Virus record (IMG/VR): IMGVR_UViG_3300046747_000551
Span: 1 to 64,000 of that record
Source: a virus
DNA length: 64,000 bases
Strand: one strand, 5' to 3'
Shown here: piece after piece, positions 24,143-33,413 of the stretch
How positions within the stretch are numbered: position 1 is the first letter of the stretch
Layout: every line of letters starts with the position of its first letter
The notes under the pieces: generated by a model
The model's input: the letters and a program-made list of their open reading frames with translations, nothing else
What the model was told of the DNA's origin: nothing
Databases searched by the model: none
Translations under genes and position numbers: made by a program

Positions 24143-26149
24143 ATGAGCGACATCAAAGAGATTTCAATCGAAACCCTGCTCCCCTGGGGCGCGCCCAAGC
24201 GGGTGCGCCTTCAGGACGGGAGCGAACGCATCCTCCGCACGTCCTTTACCGTGCCGGCGGCGTTCTGGGATGCCTGGAAGCAGAACAAGGCCACGCTGCA
24301 AGCGGCCGGCATTTCCCCCAAGCGCCAGCCGAACGGCTCGTGGATTGTGAACCACTGGGCTGCGGTTGACCCCGTCGCCGCCAAGGCCGAGCAGGCGCGC
24401 CGGTTCGTCGTGGCCGAGGCATCGCGCGCGACCGACGCGAACGTGGACCTTCCCCGCCCGGCCGGGCTGGATTATCTCCCCTATCAGAAGGCGGGCGTCG
24501 CGTTCGGGCTGGAGTGCTGGGCCGCGAAGCGTGGCGTTCTTATCGGCGACGAAATGGGCCTGGGCAAAACCATCCAAGCCATCGGCCTGATGAACTGCAC
24601 CGCCGACATCAAGTCGGTCATCATCGTTTGCCCGAACACGCTTAAGCTGAACTGGGCACGCGAGCTGAAGAAGTGGCTGACCCGCCCCATGTCGGTCGAG
24701 GTCCAATACTCGAACAAACCGTTTTCCCGCGCGGACATCGTCATCGTGAATTTTGACATCGTCCACAAGTTCCTCCCCGCGTTGAATGACCGGACGTGGG
24801 ACCTGCGCATTGTGGACGAGAGCCAATACATCAAGAACCCCAAGGCGCGCCGCACGAAGTCCACGCTGGCCATCCGCGCCGCGCGCAAGGTCGCGCTCAC
24901 CGGCACGCCGATAGAGAACCGCCCCATTGAACTGTGGCCCGTCCTGAACGACCTGGACCCGTCCGCGTGGCCGAAGGGAAACTTTTTCCAATACGCGCGC
25001 CGCTACTGCGCGGCGAAGCAGAACGGCTTCGGCTGGGACTTTTCCGGCCACTCGAACGAGGCCGAGCTGCAACACAAATTGCGTTCTTCCATCATGGTGC
25101 GCCGCCTGAAAAAGGACGTCCTGAAAGAGTTACCGCCGAAACAGCGGCAGGTCATCGAGCTGGACGCCGCGGGCTGCAAGGAGCTGTTGGAGCTGGAGGC
25201 GCACATGGTGGAGGAACGCGAGGCCGCGCTGGTCGAGCTGCGCGCGAGGGTGGAGCTGGCCCGTGCCGGCGAGAGCCGCGAGGACTACGCGGAAGCGGTC
25301 CACGCGCTGCGCCAGGGACAAGGCGCGGCGTTTGAAGACATGGCCGAGCTGCGGCACAAGGTCGCCGCCGCCAAGCTGCCGCAGTGCCTCGCGTTCATCG
25401 AGGACGCCATGGAATCCGGCAAGGTGCTCGTGTTCGCGCACCACCTGGACATCGTCGCCGCCATCGTCGCGAGGTTCCCCCAGGCCGCAGTCATCACGGG
25501 CAACACGCCCGCGCCGAAACGGATGGAGCAGGTGGACCGCTTCCAGACGGACGCGGACTGCAACATTTTTGTGGGCAACCTTGCCGCGGCCGAGGGGCTG
25601 ACGCTCACCGCCGGCACGCACGTCATCTTCATCGAGCTGCAATGGGTGCCCGGCAAGCACGCGCAGATGGAGGACCGCGCGCACCGCATCGGGCAAAAGG
25701 ACAGCGTGCTGTGCAGCTACCTCGTGCTTGAGGGCAGCCTGGACTCCCACATGGCGCGCACGAACGTGGACAAGCTGAACACCATCGACTCGTGCTTGGA
25801 CCGCGTTACCGACTGGACCGAGGCCGAGGTGGAAGAAGTGGAACCCGTGACCAAGGTCCGCCTCACGTTCGAGCGCGTCGCCGCCGAAGCGCGGCTGGTG
25901 TCGGACCGCTGCGTGGAGCTGGTCCATCAGGGAATGAAGATGCTTGCCGGCGTGTGCGACGGGGCCGTCAAGCGGGACGACGTGGGCTTCTCCGGGGTTG
26001 ATGTTCGCATCGGCCACGCACTCGCGCACCGCACGAGCATCACGCAGAAGCAGGCCGCGCTGGGCTGGAGAATCCTCTGCAAGTATCATCGCCAACTCGG
26101 TGACGCGTTCATCGCGGAGCTGAAGGCCGCGGCAGCTACGAAAGAATAA
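24143..26149 (+). CDS. SNF2-family (SMARCAL1-like) helicase/translocase
   Basis: LPYQKAGV, GDEMGLGKT (Walker A), IVDESQ, ALTGTPIEN, MVRRLKKDVL, AEGLTLT and QMEDRAHRIGQ. Confidence 0.93.
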   Translation: MSDIKEISIETLLPWGAPKRVRLQDGSERILRTSFTVPAAFWDAWKQNKATLQAAGISPKRQPNGSWIVNHWAAVDPVAAKAEQARRFVVAEASRATDANVDLPRPAGLDYLPYQKAGVAFGLECWAAKRGVLIGDEMGLGKTIQAIGLMNCTADIKSVIIVCPNTLKLNWARELKKWLTRPMSVEVQYSNKPFSRADIVIVNFDIVHKFLPALNDRTWDLRIVDESQYIKNPKARRTKSTLAIRAARKVALTGTPIENRPIELWPVLNDLDPSAWPKGNFFQYARRYCAAKQNGFGWDFSGHSNEAELQHKLRSSIMVRRLKKDVLKELPPKQRQVIELDAAGCKELLELEAHMVEEREAALVELRARVELARAGESREDYAEAVHALRQGQGAAFEDMAELRHKVAAAKLPQCLAFIEDAMESGKVLVFAHHLDIVAAIVARFPQAAVITGNTPAPKRMEQVDRFQTDADCNIFVGNLAAAEGLTLTAGTHVIFIELQWVPGKHAQMEDRAHRIGQKDSVLCSYLVLEGSLDSHMARTNVDKLNTIDSCLDRVTDWTEAEVEEVEPVTKVRLTFERVAAEARLVSDRCVELVHQGMKMLAGVCDGAVKRDDVGFSGVDVRIGHALAHRTSITQKQAALGWRILCKYHRQLGDAFIAELKAAAATKE

Positions 26150-26467
26150 TGAGCTACATCATCACGACGGTGGACAAGGCCACGGGGCACAGCTGGGTGG
26201 AAATCACCCCGCATTTTGAGCGGGCAGAAGAGGCGCTGGAGCTGGCAACCGAGGACCAGTGGGTTTTTGTAAACGAAGCCGAATAATTATGCACACCATC
26301 TATCACGACGGGACCTGGAGCGAAGAGGAGCTGCGGCAAATGGCGGCGGGAAAATTTGTGGACCGCAACGGCAAGCGCTACGGCATCTGCCGCGGCTGCC
26401 GCAAAGTCATTCGCATCGACCATCCACTTTTTGGCTCGGTCCATTTGTGCGCGATGCCGGAGTAAAT

Positions 26468-26905
26468 ATGCACACCGTCAAACACGACCTGCGCGGCAGC
26501 AAACTCTGGTGCGGCCCCGCGGCCATCAGCGCCATCACCGGCCGCGGCACGCGCGATATTGCACTTATAGTGCGGCATCTGCGAAGCGACGCAGAACCGG
26601 TGTCGAGCATGAAGCCCAGCGAGGTGTTACAGGTCTTGCGGTTTATGGACTACGGGTTCCAAACGATATGGGACCATGAGGTGTCGGAGTATGCCAAGCC
26701 CACCCTGTGCCAGCTCGCGCGCTGGGACGCTGTAGGGCTGTGGAGCACGCCGACGCTGGTCGCGCTCACCGGGCACTTCGTCGTCCTGCAAGGGGACCTC
26801 TTCGTGGACTCCTGGACCAAGACGCCCGTGCCTTTTTCTGACGCACCAAAACAATTCCGACGCCGCCGCGTGGCTTACGCGTGGCGAATTTTTCAACGCA
26901 CATGA
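26468..26905 (+). CDS. papain-fold (peptidase C39-like) protein, paralog B
   Basis: MHTVKHDLRGSKLWCGPAAISAITG...TGHFVVLQGDLFVDS...RRRRVAYAW. Confidence 0.6.
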   Translation: MHTVKHDLRGSKLWCGPAAISAITGRGTRDIALIVRHLRSDAEPVSSMKPSEVLQVLRFMDYGFQTIWDHEVSEYAKPTLCQLARWDAVGLWSTPTLVALTGHFVVLQGDLFVDSWTKTPVPFSDAPKQFRRRRVAYAWRIFQRT

Positions 26906-27141
26906 AACTCAACAAACTCGAAAAAGAACTAGACGCCCGGTTCGCGGACATCGGCTTCCCGAGCCACGACGACCCAACCATCCCGCCCGCCATGCGGATA
27001 CAGCTGGCGCACTGCATCGCGCGCTTTTACAGCGGCGAGGTGCTCGTCGTGGACCGCCGCGGGAACGCGCTGCGCATCTACGCTCGCGCGAATCCTAATC
27101 CCGGGGGGTTGACATTTCCGAAAAAGTCCACACTGGGATAG
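26902..27141 (+). CDS. hypothetical protein
   Basis: ATGA overlap with the previous gene. Confidence 0.5.
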   Translation: MKLNKLEKELDARFADIGFPSHDDPTIPPAMRIQLAHCIARFYSGEVLVVDRRGNALRIYARANPNPGGLTFPKKSTLG

Positions 27142-27146
27142 GTAGA
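27109..27146 (+). promoter_or_regulatory. class B promoter TTGACA-N16-CACTGGGATAGGTAGA
   Basis: Exact motif; ATG at 27147. Confidence 0.8.
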
Positions 27147-27635
27147 ATGAGTAACAACGTCATCGTCGGTGAATTTCTGGTTGACGGCGCGCCCTGCACC
27201 GTTGAGGTCCCTTGCAACGCCGTCGGGGCAGCCGCAAAGGAGGTCTATAACGACCTGCTGCGCGAAGTGCGCAAGCTGCACCCGGACGCGAAACAGGTCG
27301 CGCGCGTGGGCAGCAAAATCGAGAAGCGCGACAAGGGGCTAATCCGCCTGACCGACGGGCAGACCGTCCGGCAGCTGTTCCCGCGCGAGGGCGATGCCTC
27401 TCCCGTGCTGGACGTGGGGCAAGTGTTCTTCCACGGGGCCGCGTGCGTCATCATGCTTCGCTTCAGCCGCGGCCAGGACCGCGCCCACATCACCCTGCGC
27501 GACCGCCTGCGGGGCACGCCCGTGAACATCACCGGCGGATACATCCTGGGCGGCGCGCTGGCGGCGAACCTCGCGCAGTCCATTGCCGGCCTGCTGGGCA
27601 ACACCGCGCGCGACCTTAAGCTGCGCATCGAATGA
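27147..27635 (+). CDS. hypothetical protein
   Basis: Follows the promoter. Confidence 0.65.
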   Translation: MSNNVIVGEFLVDGAPCTVEVPCNAVGAAAKEVYNDLLREVRKLHPDAKQVARVGSKIEKRDKGLIRLTDGQTVRQLFPREGDASPVLDVGQVFFHGAACVIMLRFSRGQDRAHITLRDRLRGTPVNITGGYILGGALAANLAQSIAGLLGNTARDLKLRIE

Positions 27636-27964
27636 AGTTTTGTTACAACCGACTTTGCCGTTGGCATATCGAGTGTGACCCGACTTGCAACCGGCTGAAG
27701 TTTTTGACGACGGCCCGGCCCGTCTCGTATTTCGCGGACGCCGAGGCCACGCTTGCGACCGCCGCCGCGGACCTGGAAGTGCGGCGCGTCGTCATAAAAG
27801 ATTCGGTCACCGGGGCGATGTATCACTTTTGTGAGATATGCGCCAACGCGGTGGCCATGGCCAACACACAAAAGAACGATGAACACGAAGCACAACGAAG
27901 AACGAATCCCGAGCCTGCGCCTGACGCGCCAGCAACACCGCGCGACAGCACGCAAGGCGGCTAA
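27632..27964 (+). CDS. Cys-rich hypothetical protein
   Basis: FCYNRLCRWH...FCEIC. Confidence 0.55.
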   Translation: MKFCYNRLCRWHIECDPTCNRLKFLTTARPVSYFADAEATLATAAADLEVRRVVIKDSVTGAMYHFCEICANAVAMANTQKNDEHEAQRRTNPEPAPDAPATPRDSTQGG

Positions 27965-28274
27965 GCGGACGCCGCGATATCTGCTCCCCTCGCGCTACAC
28001 CGAGACCGCTTTTCTCGCGCGCCTGGAAGCCCGGCCGCTGTCCTACCTGGGACGGCAACAAACGCACCTCAAGCGGCTCCTGGCAAATTGTGACCGTCTC
28101 ATTGCGGAACACGGCGGCGCCGGGTCGGTCATCGACCAAGCAGTTGCCCGCGACCGCGCGACCTGGGAACGGCAACTGGCTCTGGTTCAAGGGCTTATCG
28201 TGAAACGGACCCGGACGCCGGCCAAAAGGGACACCCGCACGGCCCGCCTGCGCCGGCTGCAAAAAGTCGGTTAA
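27879..28274 (+). CDS. basic hypothetical protein
   Basis: Arg-rich ORF that fills otherwise empty space. Confidence 0.45.
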   Translation: MNTKHNEERIPSLRLTRQQHRATARKAAKRTPRYLLPSRYTETAFLARLEARPLSYLGRQQTHLKRLLANCDRLIAEHGGAGSVIDQAVARDRATWERQLALVQGLIVKRTRTPAKRDTRTARLRRLQKVG

Positions 28275-28495
28275 TGGAATTTGAAACGGACCCAATTCAA
28301 ACCCAAAATGAACCGAGAATTCTATCGTGAGCTGCGCAGAATTATCTCTGAAGCCAAGGGGGCCGAACGCGCGCGTGCGCTGGCCCGCCCCAGTTTTTCC
28401 GCCCTCGAACCGACCGTGGCGCCTTCGGACTATGACCGTCCCCGGGGCGATGAACCAAATTCCCTCAATGAAATCGTCGGACCAACCCACTGAAC

Positions 28496-29440
28496 ATGAG
28501 CATCGAAGACATCGCACAAACGAAGAATGGCCCGCAGACTTTTGCGGAGCTGCATCGAATCATCCAACAGGTCAAGGCAACGTGTGGCGTCGCGCCGGCC
28601 ACGCCGACTGGACCCACACCGAGTGGTTCTATGAGTGGCAACGACTCGCTGGAGCTTCCGCCGACAGTGAACCCCAAGCGCATTTACATCCTTGGGCCGA
28701 TGCGGGGCTTTGACAAATATAACTTCCCCGCGTTCTACGGCATGGCCGAGAACCTGCGCGACGCCGGTTTCGAACCGGTGAACCCGGCCGAGCTGGACCG
28801 CGAAGACGGCTTCGAAATTGAATCGCTGGAGCCCGGGCACGACTTCACCACGTATCCCGCCGGCATGGACGCGGAACAGGTGGTGCGGCGCGACCTGAAG
28901 GCCATCATGTCGTGTGCCGGCTACGTCGCGCTCCCGGGCTACGAAAAGTCCAAGGGGGCAACCGCGGAGAAGGCGGTGTTCGACTGGCGCGGCGCGAAGC
29001 GGCTGGAGTATTTTTCCGTCCACGCGGGCAACGGACCGTTCCTGCAAATTGCGAACGATACTGCGCCGGCAGTGATGGTCGGCACGAACCCCAAGGATGT
29101 GCTCGGCATGAAGAAGCCGCCAATGACGCTCATCCCTACCGCGTCGCTGGTCTATCTGTCGCGTGTCATGGAGCTGGGCGCTAGGAAATACTCCGCCTTT
29201 AATTGGCGCAATCCCGCGACGCCGGTGAAGCTGACGGTCTATCTGTCCGCGGCTTGGCGGCACCTTCTGCAAATCCTCGACGGCGAGGACAACGACTCGG
29301 AGAGCAACCAGCCGCACGCCGCCCACGCCATGGCCTGCTTCGCCATCATCCTGGACGCGCACGCGTGCGGGACGCTGGTGGACGACCGACCGATAAAAGG
29401 TGCGGCCACGAAAGTCATCAACGAACTGACCACCAAGTAA
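28496..29440 (+). CDS. fusion: DUF4406 (nucleoside deoxyribosyltransferase-like) plus dATP/dGTP diphosphohydrolase-like (DUF5664) domain
   Basis: RIYILGPMRG..YNFPAF...VNPAELD...LPGYEKSKGATAE, then NPKD..GMKKPPMTLIP...GARKYSAFNWR...AAWRHL...DSES..PHAAHA...DDRP. Confidence 0.8.
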   Translation: MSIEDIAQTKNGPQTFAELHRIIQQVKATCGVAPATPTGPTPSGSMSGNDSLELPPTVNPKRIYILGPMRGFDKYNFPAFYGMAENLRDAGFEPVNPAELDREDGFEIESLEPGHDFTTYPAGMDAEQVVRRDLKAIMSCAGYVALPGYEKSKGATAEKAVFDWRGAKRLEYFSVHAGNGPFLQIANDTAPAVMVGTNPKDVLGMKKPPMTLIPTASLVYLSRVMELGARKYSAFNWRNPATPVKLTVYLSAAWRHLLQILDGEDNDSESNQPHAAHAMACFAIILDAHACGTLVDDRPIKGAATKVINELTTK

Positions 29441-29441
29441 C

Positions 29442-29858
29442 ATGTTCTCCTGGCTCAAATCCAAGTTCAAGTCACGCGCACAGCGGGACCGCGAGCGCGG
29501 CTACTACGACCGCCTGCCGCGCATCGGTAGCGCGCACAAGTCGCCCGCGGACCAGCTCGACGAGCTGCTGGCCGAGGCGAACCGGACCGACCGCCGCCGG
29601 GTGTCCCTGGTCCGGCGCCCGAACAAGACGGGCGTGCTGGCGCGGTTCAAGGAATTCCGCGCGGCCTTCGGCTGGCCCAACCCCAAGGAAATCCTCGCGC
29701 TGCTTTTTCCGTCGGAGTGGCTGATGGAAAAGCTGTGGCCCAAGTGGGACCCCGAGGACCGCAACGCGCGCATCGCACCGCCGGCCGGTTACTACGACGC
29801 CGACAGCGGCCGACTCTACGACCACAAGCACCGTTATGTCCGCACCATCCGACGCTGA
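29442..29858 (+). CDS. hypothetical protein
   Basis: In-operon ORF. Confidence 0.5.
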   Translation: MFSWLKSKFKSRAQRDRERGYYDRLPRIGSAHKSPADQLDELLAEANRTDRRRVSLVRRPNKTGVLARFKEFRAAFGWPNPKEILALLFPSEWLMEKLWPKWDPEDRNARIAPPAGYYDADSGRLYDHKHRYVRTIRR

Positions 29859-30180
29859 GCTGTGGCATTATGTAAGTCGCAAGCTGCGCGCGTATGCGCG
29901 ATTCTTCCACTTACCGCTGCGCGAGGTCAAGCTGATGGCGCCGCACAAGAATTTTTACGGCGACTGCTCCAGCGACGGGCGCATTCGCATTCAGCTTCGG
30001 CGAAACGGGGACCGGCCCATCGCCTACCAAATCATCGACACCATGGCGCACGAGCTGGCGCACCTGGAATACCAGAATCACAAGCCGCCCTGGTTCCGGC
30101 TGCACATGGGCCTTCTCGTCCGCATGATGGACGACGGCGTATATGACGACCTCCGCCGGCTCTGCAAAAAAGCCCGTTGA
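29836..30180 (+). CDS. zinc metalloprotease-like protein (WLM/SprT/YgjP type)
   Basis: G.C...G.IRIQLR...DTMAHELAHL...H: HExxH with a downstream His. Confidence 0.75.
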   Translation: MSAPSDAELWHYVSRKLRAYARFFHLPLREVKLMAPHKNFYGDCSSDGRIRIQLRRNGDRPIAYQIIDTMAHELAHLEYQNHKPPWFRLHMGLLVRMMDDGVYDDLRRLCKKAR

Positions 30181-30204
30181 CAAATCGAATTGCCTCACCA
30201 CTTC
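30177..30204 (+). promoter_or_regulatory. class B promoter TTGACA-N16-CACTTC
   Basis: Exact motif; supports a GTG start at 30217. Confidence 0.7.
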
Positions 30205-30216
30205 TTATGGAAGAAC

Positions 30217-30768
30217 GTGAAATTGATAGCAATTCTCCTGCTGGCGGCGGCGACAATCTTCGCCGACGAAAACCCTCCCCAAACCCCCGAAGTCGTGGAT
30301 GCCCTGGACGCCGTCGCCGCCATCTCGGCGCGGATGCACTTCGAGCCGGACTCGCCTTACACCGGTCCCGAGGACGGGCTCTATGTCGCGCCCACCCAGG
30401 CGATGATAGAGGACTTCCTTCGCTTCTACGAGGCGAAGCGGGAACAAATCCCCTGGCTGCCCGAGGTGTTCGACTGCGACGACAAGGCGACCGAGATGAA
30501 ATATCTCGCGGCGGTCTGGAGCGTGCGCAAGTGGCACGGCGAGGCGCCCGGCGTGCTCATTGGGAAGGCCTACGTGAAAATCGACGGCGACTACTCCGCG
30601 CTGGCCCCCGCGTCAGCGGGCAAGTGGGCGCACGGGTATCACGTCCTGAATTTTGTGGTGCGGAGCGACGGGGAGGTTTTTTTTATCGAACCGCAGACGG
30701 GCTGCGTGGCCGAGGTGTCCGCGTTCATCTATGAAGGGTCGATAGAGATTCTCCGATTGGAGTATTGA
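30217..30768 (+). CDS. exported transglutaminase/papain-like protein (MOA lectin C-terminal protease-like)
   Basis: Signal peptide MKLIAILLLAAATIFA; FDCDDKA...HVLNFVV...FIEPQTG (Cys-His-Glu triad). Confidence 0.7.
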   Translation: MKLIAILLLAAATIFADENPPQTPEVVDALDAVAAISARMHFEPDSPYTGPEDGLYVAPTQAMIEDFLRFYEAKREQIPWLPEVFDCDDKATEMKYLAAVWSVRKWHGEAPGVLIGKAYVKIDGDYSALAPASAGKWAHGYHVLNFVVRSDGEVFFIEPQTGCVAEVSAFIYEGSIEILRLEY

Positions 30769-30781
30769 GGGGGTGATTTAG

Positions 30782-30967
30782 ATGCCAGTAAAAACCAAAA
30801 AGACCAAGTGCGGCTACAGCAACAGCACGCCCGGCGGAAGCAAAGGGAAGTGCATGACCAAGAAAAACGCTGCGGCCCAGAAGCGACTGCTGAATGCCGT
30901 GGACCACGGCTATGTGCCGACCGGCAACAAGCACGAGGCCATGAAAAAGCGCGTCATGGGGGAGTGA
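30782..30967 (+). CDS. small basic hypothetical protein
   Basis: TKKNAAAQKRLLNAVDHGYVPTG, a recurrent small phage protein pattern. Confidence 0.6.
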   Translation: MPVKTKKTKCGYSNSTPGGSKGKCMTKKNAAAQKRLLNAVDHGYVPTGNKHEAMKKRVMGE

Positions 30968-30971
30968 CCCC

Positions 30972-31004
30972 TTGACAATTCCAGAAAACCCTACACTGGG
31001 ATAG
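30972..31004 (+). promoter_or_regulatory. class B promoter TTGACA-N16-CACTGGGATAG
   Basis: Exact motif; ATG at 31010. Confidence 0.8.
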
Positions 31005-31009
31005 ATGTA

Positions 31010-32203
31010 ATGAGCAACGCAGCAACCCGAGTCCATCACCCCTACTCTCCGAGCACGCTACAGGCTCGGGAGGCCTGCCCGTGTTGGACCCCGTCTGGGG
31101 GCACCAACGAGGCGGCGGAGGCGGGCACGCTGCAACACGACGCGGCGGAAAAAGGTCTGGACGACCCGCGGTTGTCTGATGCCCAGGCAGCCGCGGTCGC
31201 CCAGTGCAAGGCCTTCTGTGACGACCTCGCCAGCAAGTTCCCGGGCGCCACGGTTCTCAACGAGCAATACCTCCCGGTGGACGATGAAGTAATCGCGGTG
31301 CAGGACCCGCCGCCGCTTCGCTCCCGCAGCATTTTCGTGGGGACCACCGCTGGCTTCATGGACTGGGGTCTGGTCACCGCGGACGGCCTGCACGGCGAGC
31401 TGGTGGACTACAAGTTCGGCCAGCACGCGGTCGAAGACACCGACAACAATCTCCAGGGCATTTCCTACGCGCTCGGGCTGTTCAAGAAATACCCGACGCT
31501 GCGCGACGTGACGGTGACCTTCCTACTCCCGTATCGCGACGAGGTGGACCAACACACCTTCGATATGAGCAACGCGGCCGCACTCCTCTTGCGCATCAAA
31601 ACCGTTGTGCATAGGGCGATAGAAGCCAAGCGTGCGGGAGACTTTTTGACGGCACGCCCGAGCGTCTCCGCGTGTTCGTTCTGCGGTGAGCTGGGCCGCT
31701 GCCCGAAAGTCGCGGAGCTGGCGCTGCACGTCGGCCGCAAGTATCGGCCCATCGACGTGCCGAAAAGTTTGACGCCCTCGATGATGCTCGACCCGAAAGA
31801 TGTGGGCCTCGGGCTGCAACTGGCGCAGGTGCTGAAGGCCTGGGCCGAGGCATACCGCGCGCAGGCGACCCAGAAGACCATCCTGGACGACCACTTTGTT
31901 CCGGACGGCTACAAGCTGGTGTCGTCCGTCAAGCGACACGTCCTGCCCGGCAAGGCCCGGGAGCTGGCGAACATCGCCAAAGAATTTTTGCCTGAGGAGC
32001 AGCACGACATGGTCGAGGCCCTTTTCGACATCTCGCTCGGCCCCCTGGAAAAACTAATCTCCGCCGCCGCACCGCGCGGCAGCAAAGAAGAGGCGGTCGA
32101 AACCTTCGGGGAGTGTATCCTCGAAGCCGGCGCAGTGGAGGAAGGCGAACCCTATGCCTACCTGCGCATGGACACGACCGGAAAACCGAAAACCAAGACC
32201 TAA
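31010..32203 (+). CDS. Cas4-like PD-(D/E)XK exonuclease (DUF2800 type)
   Basis: HHPYSPS...CP, AAEAGTLQH, GFMD...VDYKFG, NLQGISYA, ACSFC...CP (four Cys); sits in a standard exonuclease-SSB-PolA module. Confidence 0.85.
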   Translation: MSNAATRVHHPYSPSTLQAREACPCWTPSGGTNEAAEAGTLQHDAAEKGLDDPRLSDAQAAAVAQCKAFCDDLASKFPGATVLNEQYLPVDDEVIAVQDPPPLRSRSIFVGTTAGFMDWGLVTADGLHGELVDYKFGQHAVEDTDNNLQGISYALGLFKKYPTLRDVTVTFLLPYRDEVDQHTFDMSNAAALLLRIKTVVHRAIEAKRAGDFLTARPSVSACSFCGELGRCPKVAELALHVGRKYRPIDVPKSLTPSMMLDPKDVGLGLQLAQVLKAWAEAYRAQATQKTILDDHFVPDGYKLVSSVKRHVLPGKARELANIAKEFLPEEQHDMVEALFDISLGPLEKLISAAAPRGSKEEAVETFGECILEAGAVEEGEPYAYLRMDTTGKPKTKT

Positions 32204-32208
32204 AAACC

Positions 32209-33015
32209 ATGAACATGAGTTTTGTCAAAGAAGGCGTGGAAGATACCACGACGCCGGTTCCGCCGGCACCCGAGACGCCGGCCGCGTCAACCGAAGTCGC
32301 CACCCGCGAAGCCACCCCCGGCTTTTTCGACGAGGACAACATTCGCTACGAAGACATCGTCTTCCCGCGAATCAACATCGTCCAGTTCGTCGGCAAGCTG
32401 GCCACCGAGCAGGGCTTCGACCCCGGGTCCATCCTGTTGGCGTCGCAAAACGTCATCCACACGCCCGAGAGCAAGACGGACAAGGGCACGCCCCCGCTCA
32501 ACCTCACGGTCATCGGCTTTCGTCCGCTGCAATACGCGGAGAAGCTGCCCGGCGGCAAGCAGGGCCTGCTTGTCAACAGCGAGTCCGAAGTGGTCAAGCA
32601 CAACGGCACGCTGAGCTGGAAGGAATGGGACGCCTCGAAGAACAGCGGGAGCCCGCTGCGCTACTTCCAGACCTTGGCTACTGCCCTGCTCCTCGTGGAG
32701 AAGCCGGACTTCTACGCGGACCCAGACCAGCTGGACTTCCCGTATGTGTTCGAGGTCGAGGGGCAGCCTTCGCGCTACTTCACGCTCGCGCTCTGGGGCA
32801 TGAAGGGCTCGGCCTACACCAAGGGTGCCAAGGCCATCCGCACGCAGAAGAAAATCGGTTCCCTTCGGAAGGGATACCTCACGCACTCCTGGACGCTGAC
32901 CACGACCAAGCAGTCCAAGGACGACAACTACTACTTCGAACCGAAGCTCCGCGCCTCGACGAAGAATGGTGACCTCTTCCAAGAGTTCATCAAAGCAATC
33001 ATCGGCGCGCAGTAA
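32209..33015 (+). CDS. probable single-stranded DNA-binding / annealing protein
   Basis: EDIVFPRINIVQ motif; located between exonuclease and polymerase and followed by a terminator. Confidence 0.55.
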   Translation: MNMSFVKEGVEDTTTPVPPAPETPAASTEVATREATPGFFDEDNIRYEDIVFPRINIVQFVGKLATEQGFDPGSILLASQNVIHTPESKTDKGTPPLNLTVIGFRPLQYAEKLPGGKQGLLVNSESEVVKHNGTLSWKEWDASKNSGSPLRYFQTLATALLLVEKPDFYADPDQLDFPYVFEVEGQPSRYFTLALWGMKGSAYTKGAKAIRTQKKIGSLRKGYLTHSWTLTTTKQSKDDNYYFEPKLRASTKNGDLFQEFIKAIIGAQ

Positions 33016-33030
33016 AGCGCCGCTCGCCAC

Positions 33031-33073
33031 GGGCGGGCCGGGGGTTCACGTTCTTCCCCTCGGCCCGCTTTTT
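33031..33073 (+). terminator. rho-independent terminator
   Basis: GCGGGCCGGGGG...CCCCTCGGCCCGC stem followed by a T run. Confidence 0.7.
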
Positions 33074-33084
33074 CGTGTCCGGAT

Positions 33085-33113
33085 TTGACAGGAGGACGGC
33101 GGCGTGCTAGACT
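33085..33113 (+). promoter_or_regulatory. class A promoter TTGACA-N17-TAGACT
   Basis: Near-consensus sigma70 promoter immediately after the terminator. Confidence 0.7.
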
Positions 33114-33413
33114 GCGGGCGTGAAGAAAGCCCGCAAACCAAAGATTCGACGAACCTGGGGCACGATGTCCCCGGTCACCAAAGTGAAACCCTCGGCACGG
33201 CGCTACAGCCGCGCTGAAAACAAAAGGAACGAACGTGGCGAATAAGAACACCCTCCGCAAGAACGCGGCCCGCCTGAAGGCCTACGCCCGCTACAAGCGC
33301 GGTCGCGACACTTTTCCCGCCGGCATGGCGCCGTTTGGGGAAGAGGCCTGTCGGCCCAAAGACAACAAACCCAAGGTCGCCGCAAGTGGTGGCCGCAAAA
33401 CCCCTGGACTCCG

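Noticed and set aside
28496-29440. 2-aminoadenine (Z-DNA) pathway
   Set aside because: No PurZ (adenylosuccinate synthetase-like) gene was recognised in the window, and apparent restriction-site avoidance argues against wholesale base substitution.
31010-32203. Cas4-like nuclease as evidence of a CRISPR-Cas system
   Set aside because: No repeat-spacer array or other cas genes were seen; it sits in the standard phage exonuclease-SSB-PolA module.
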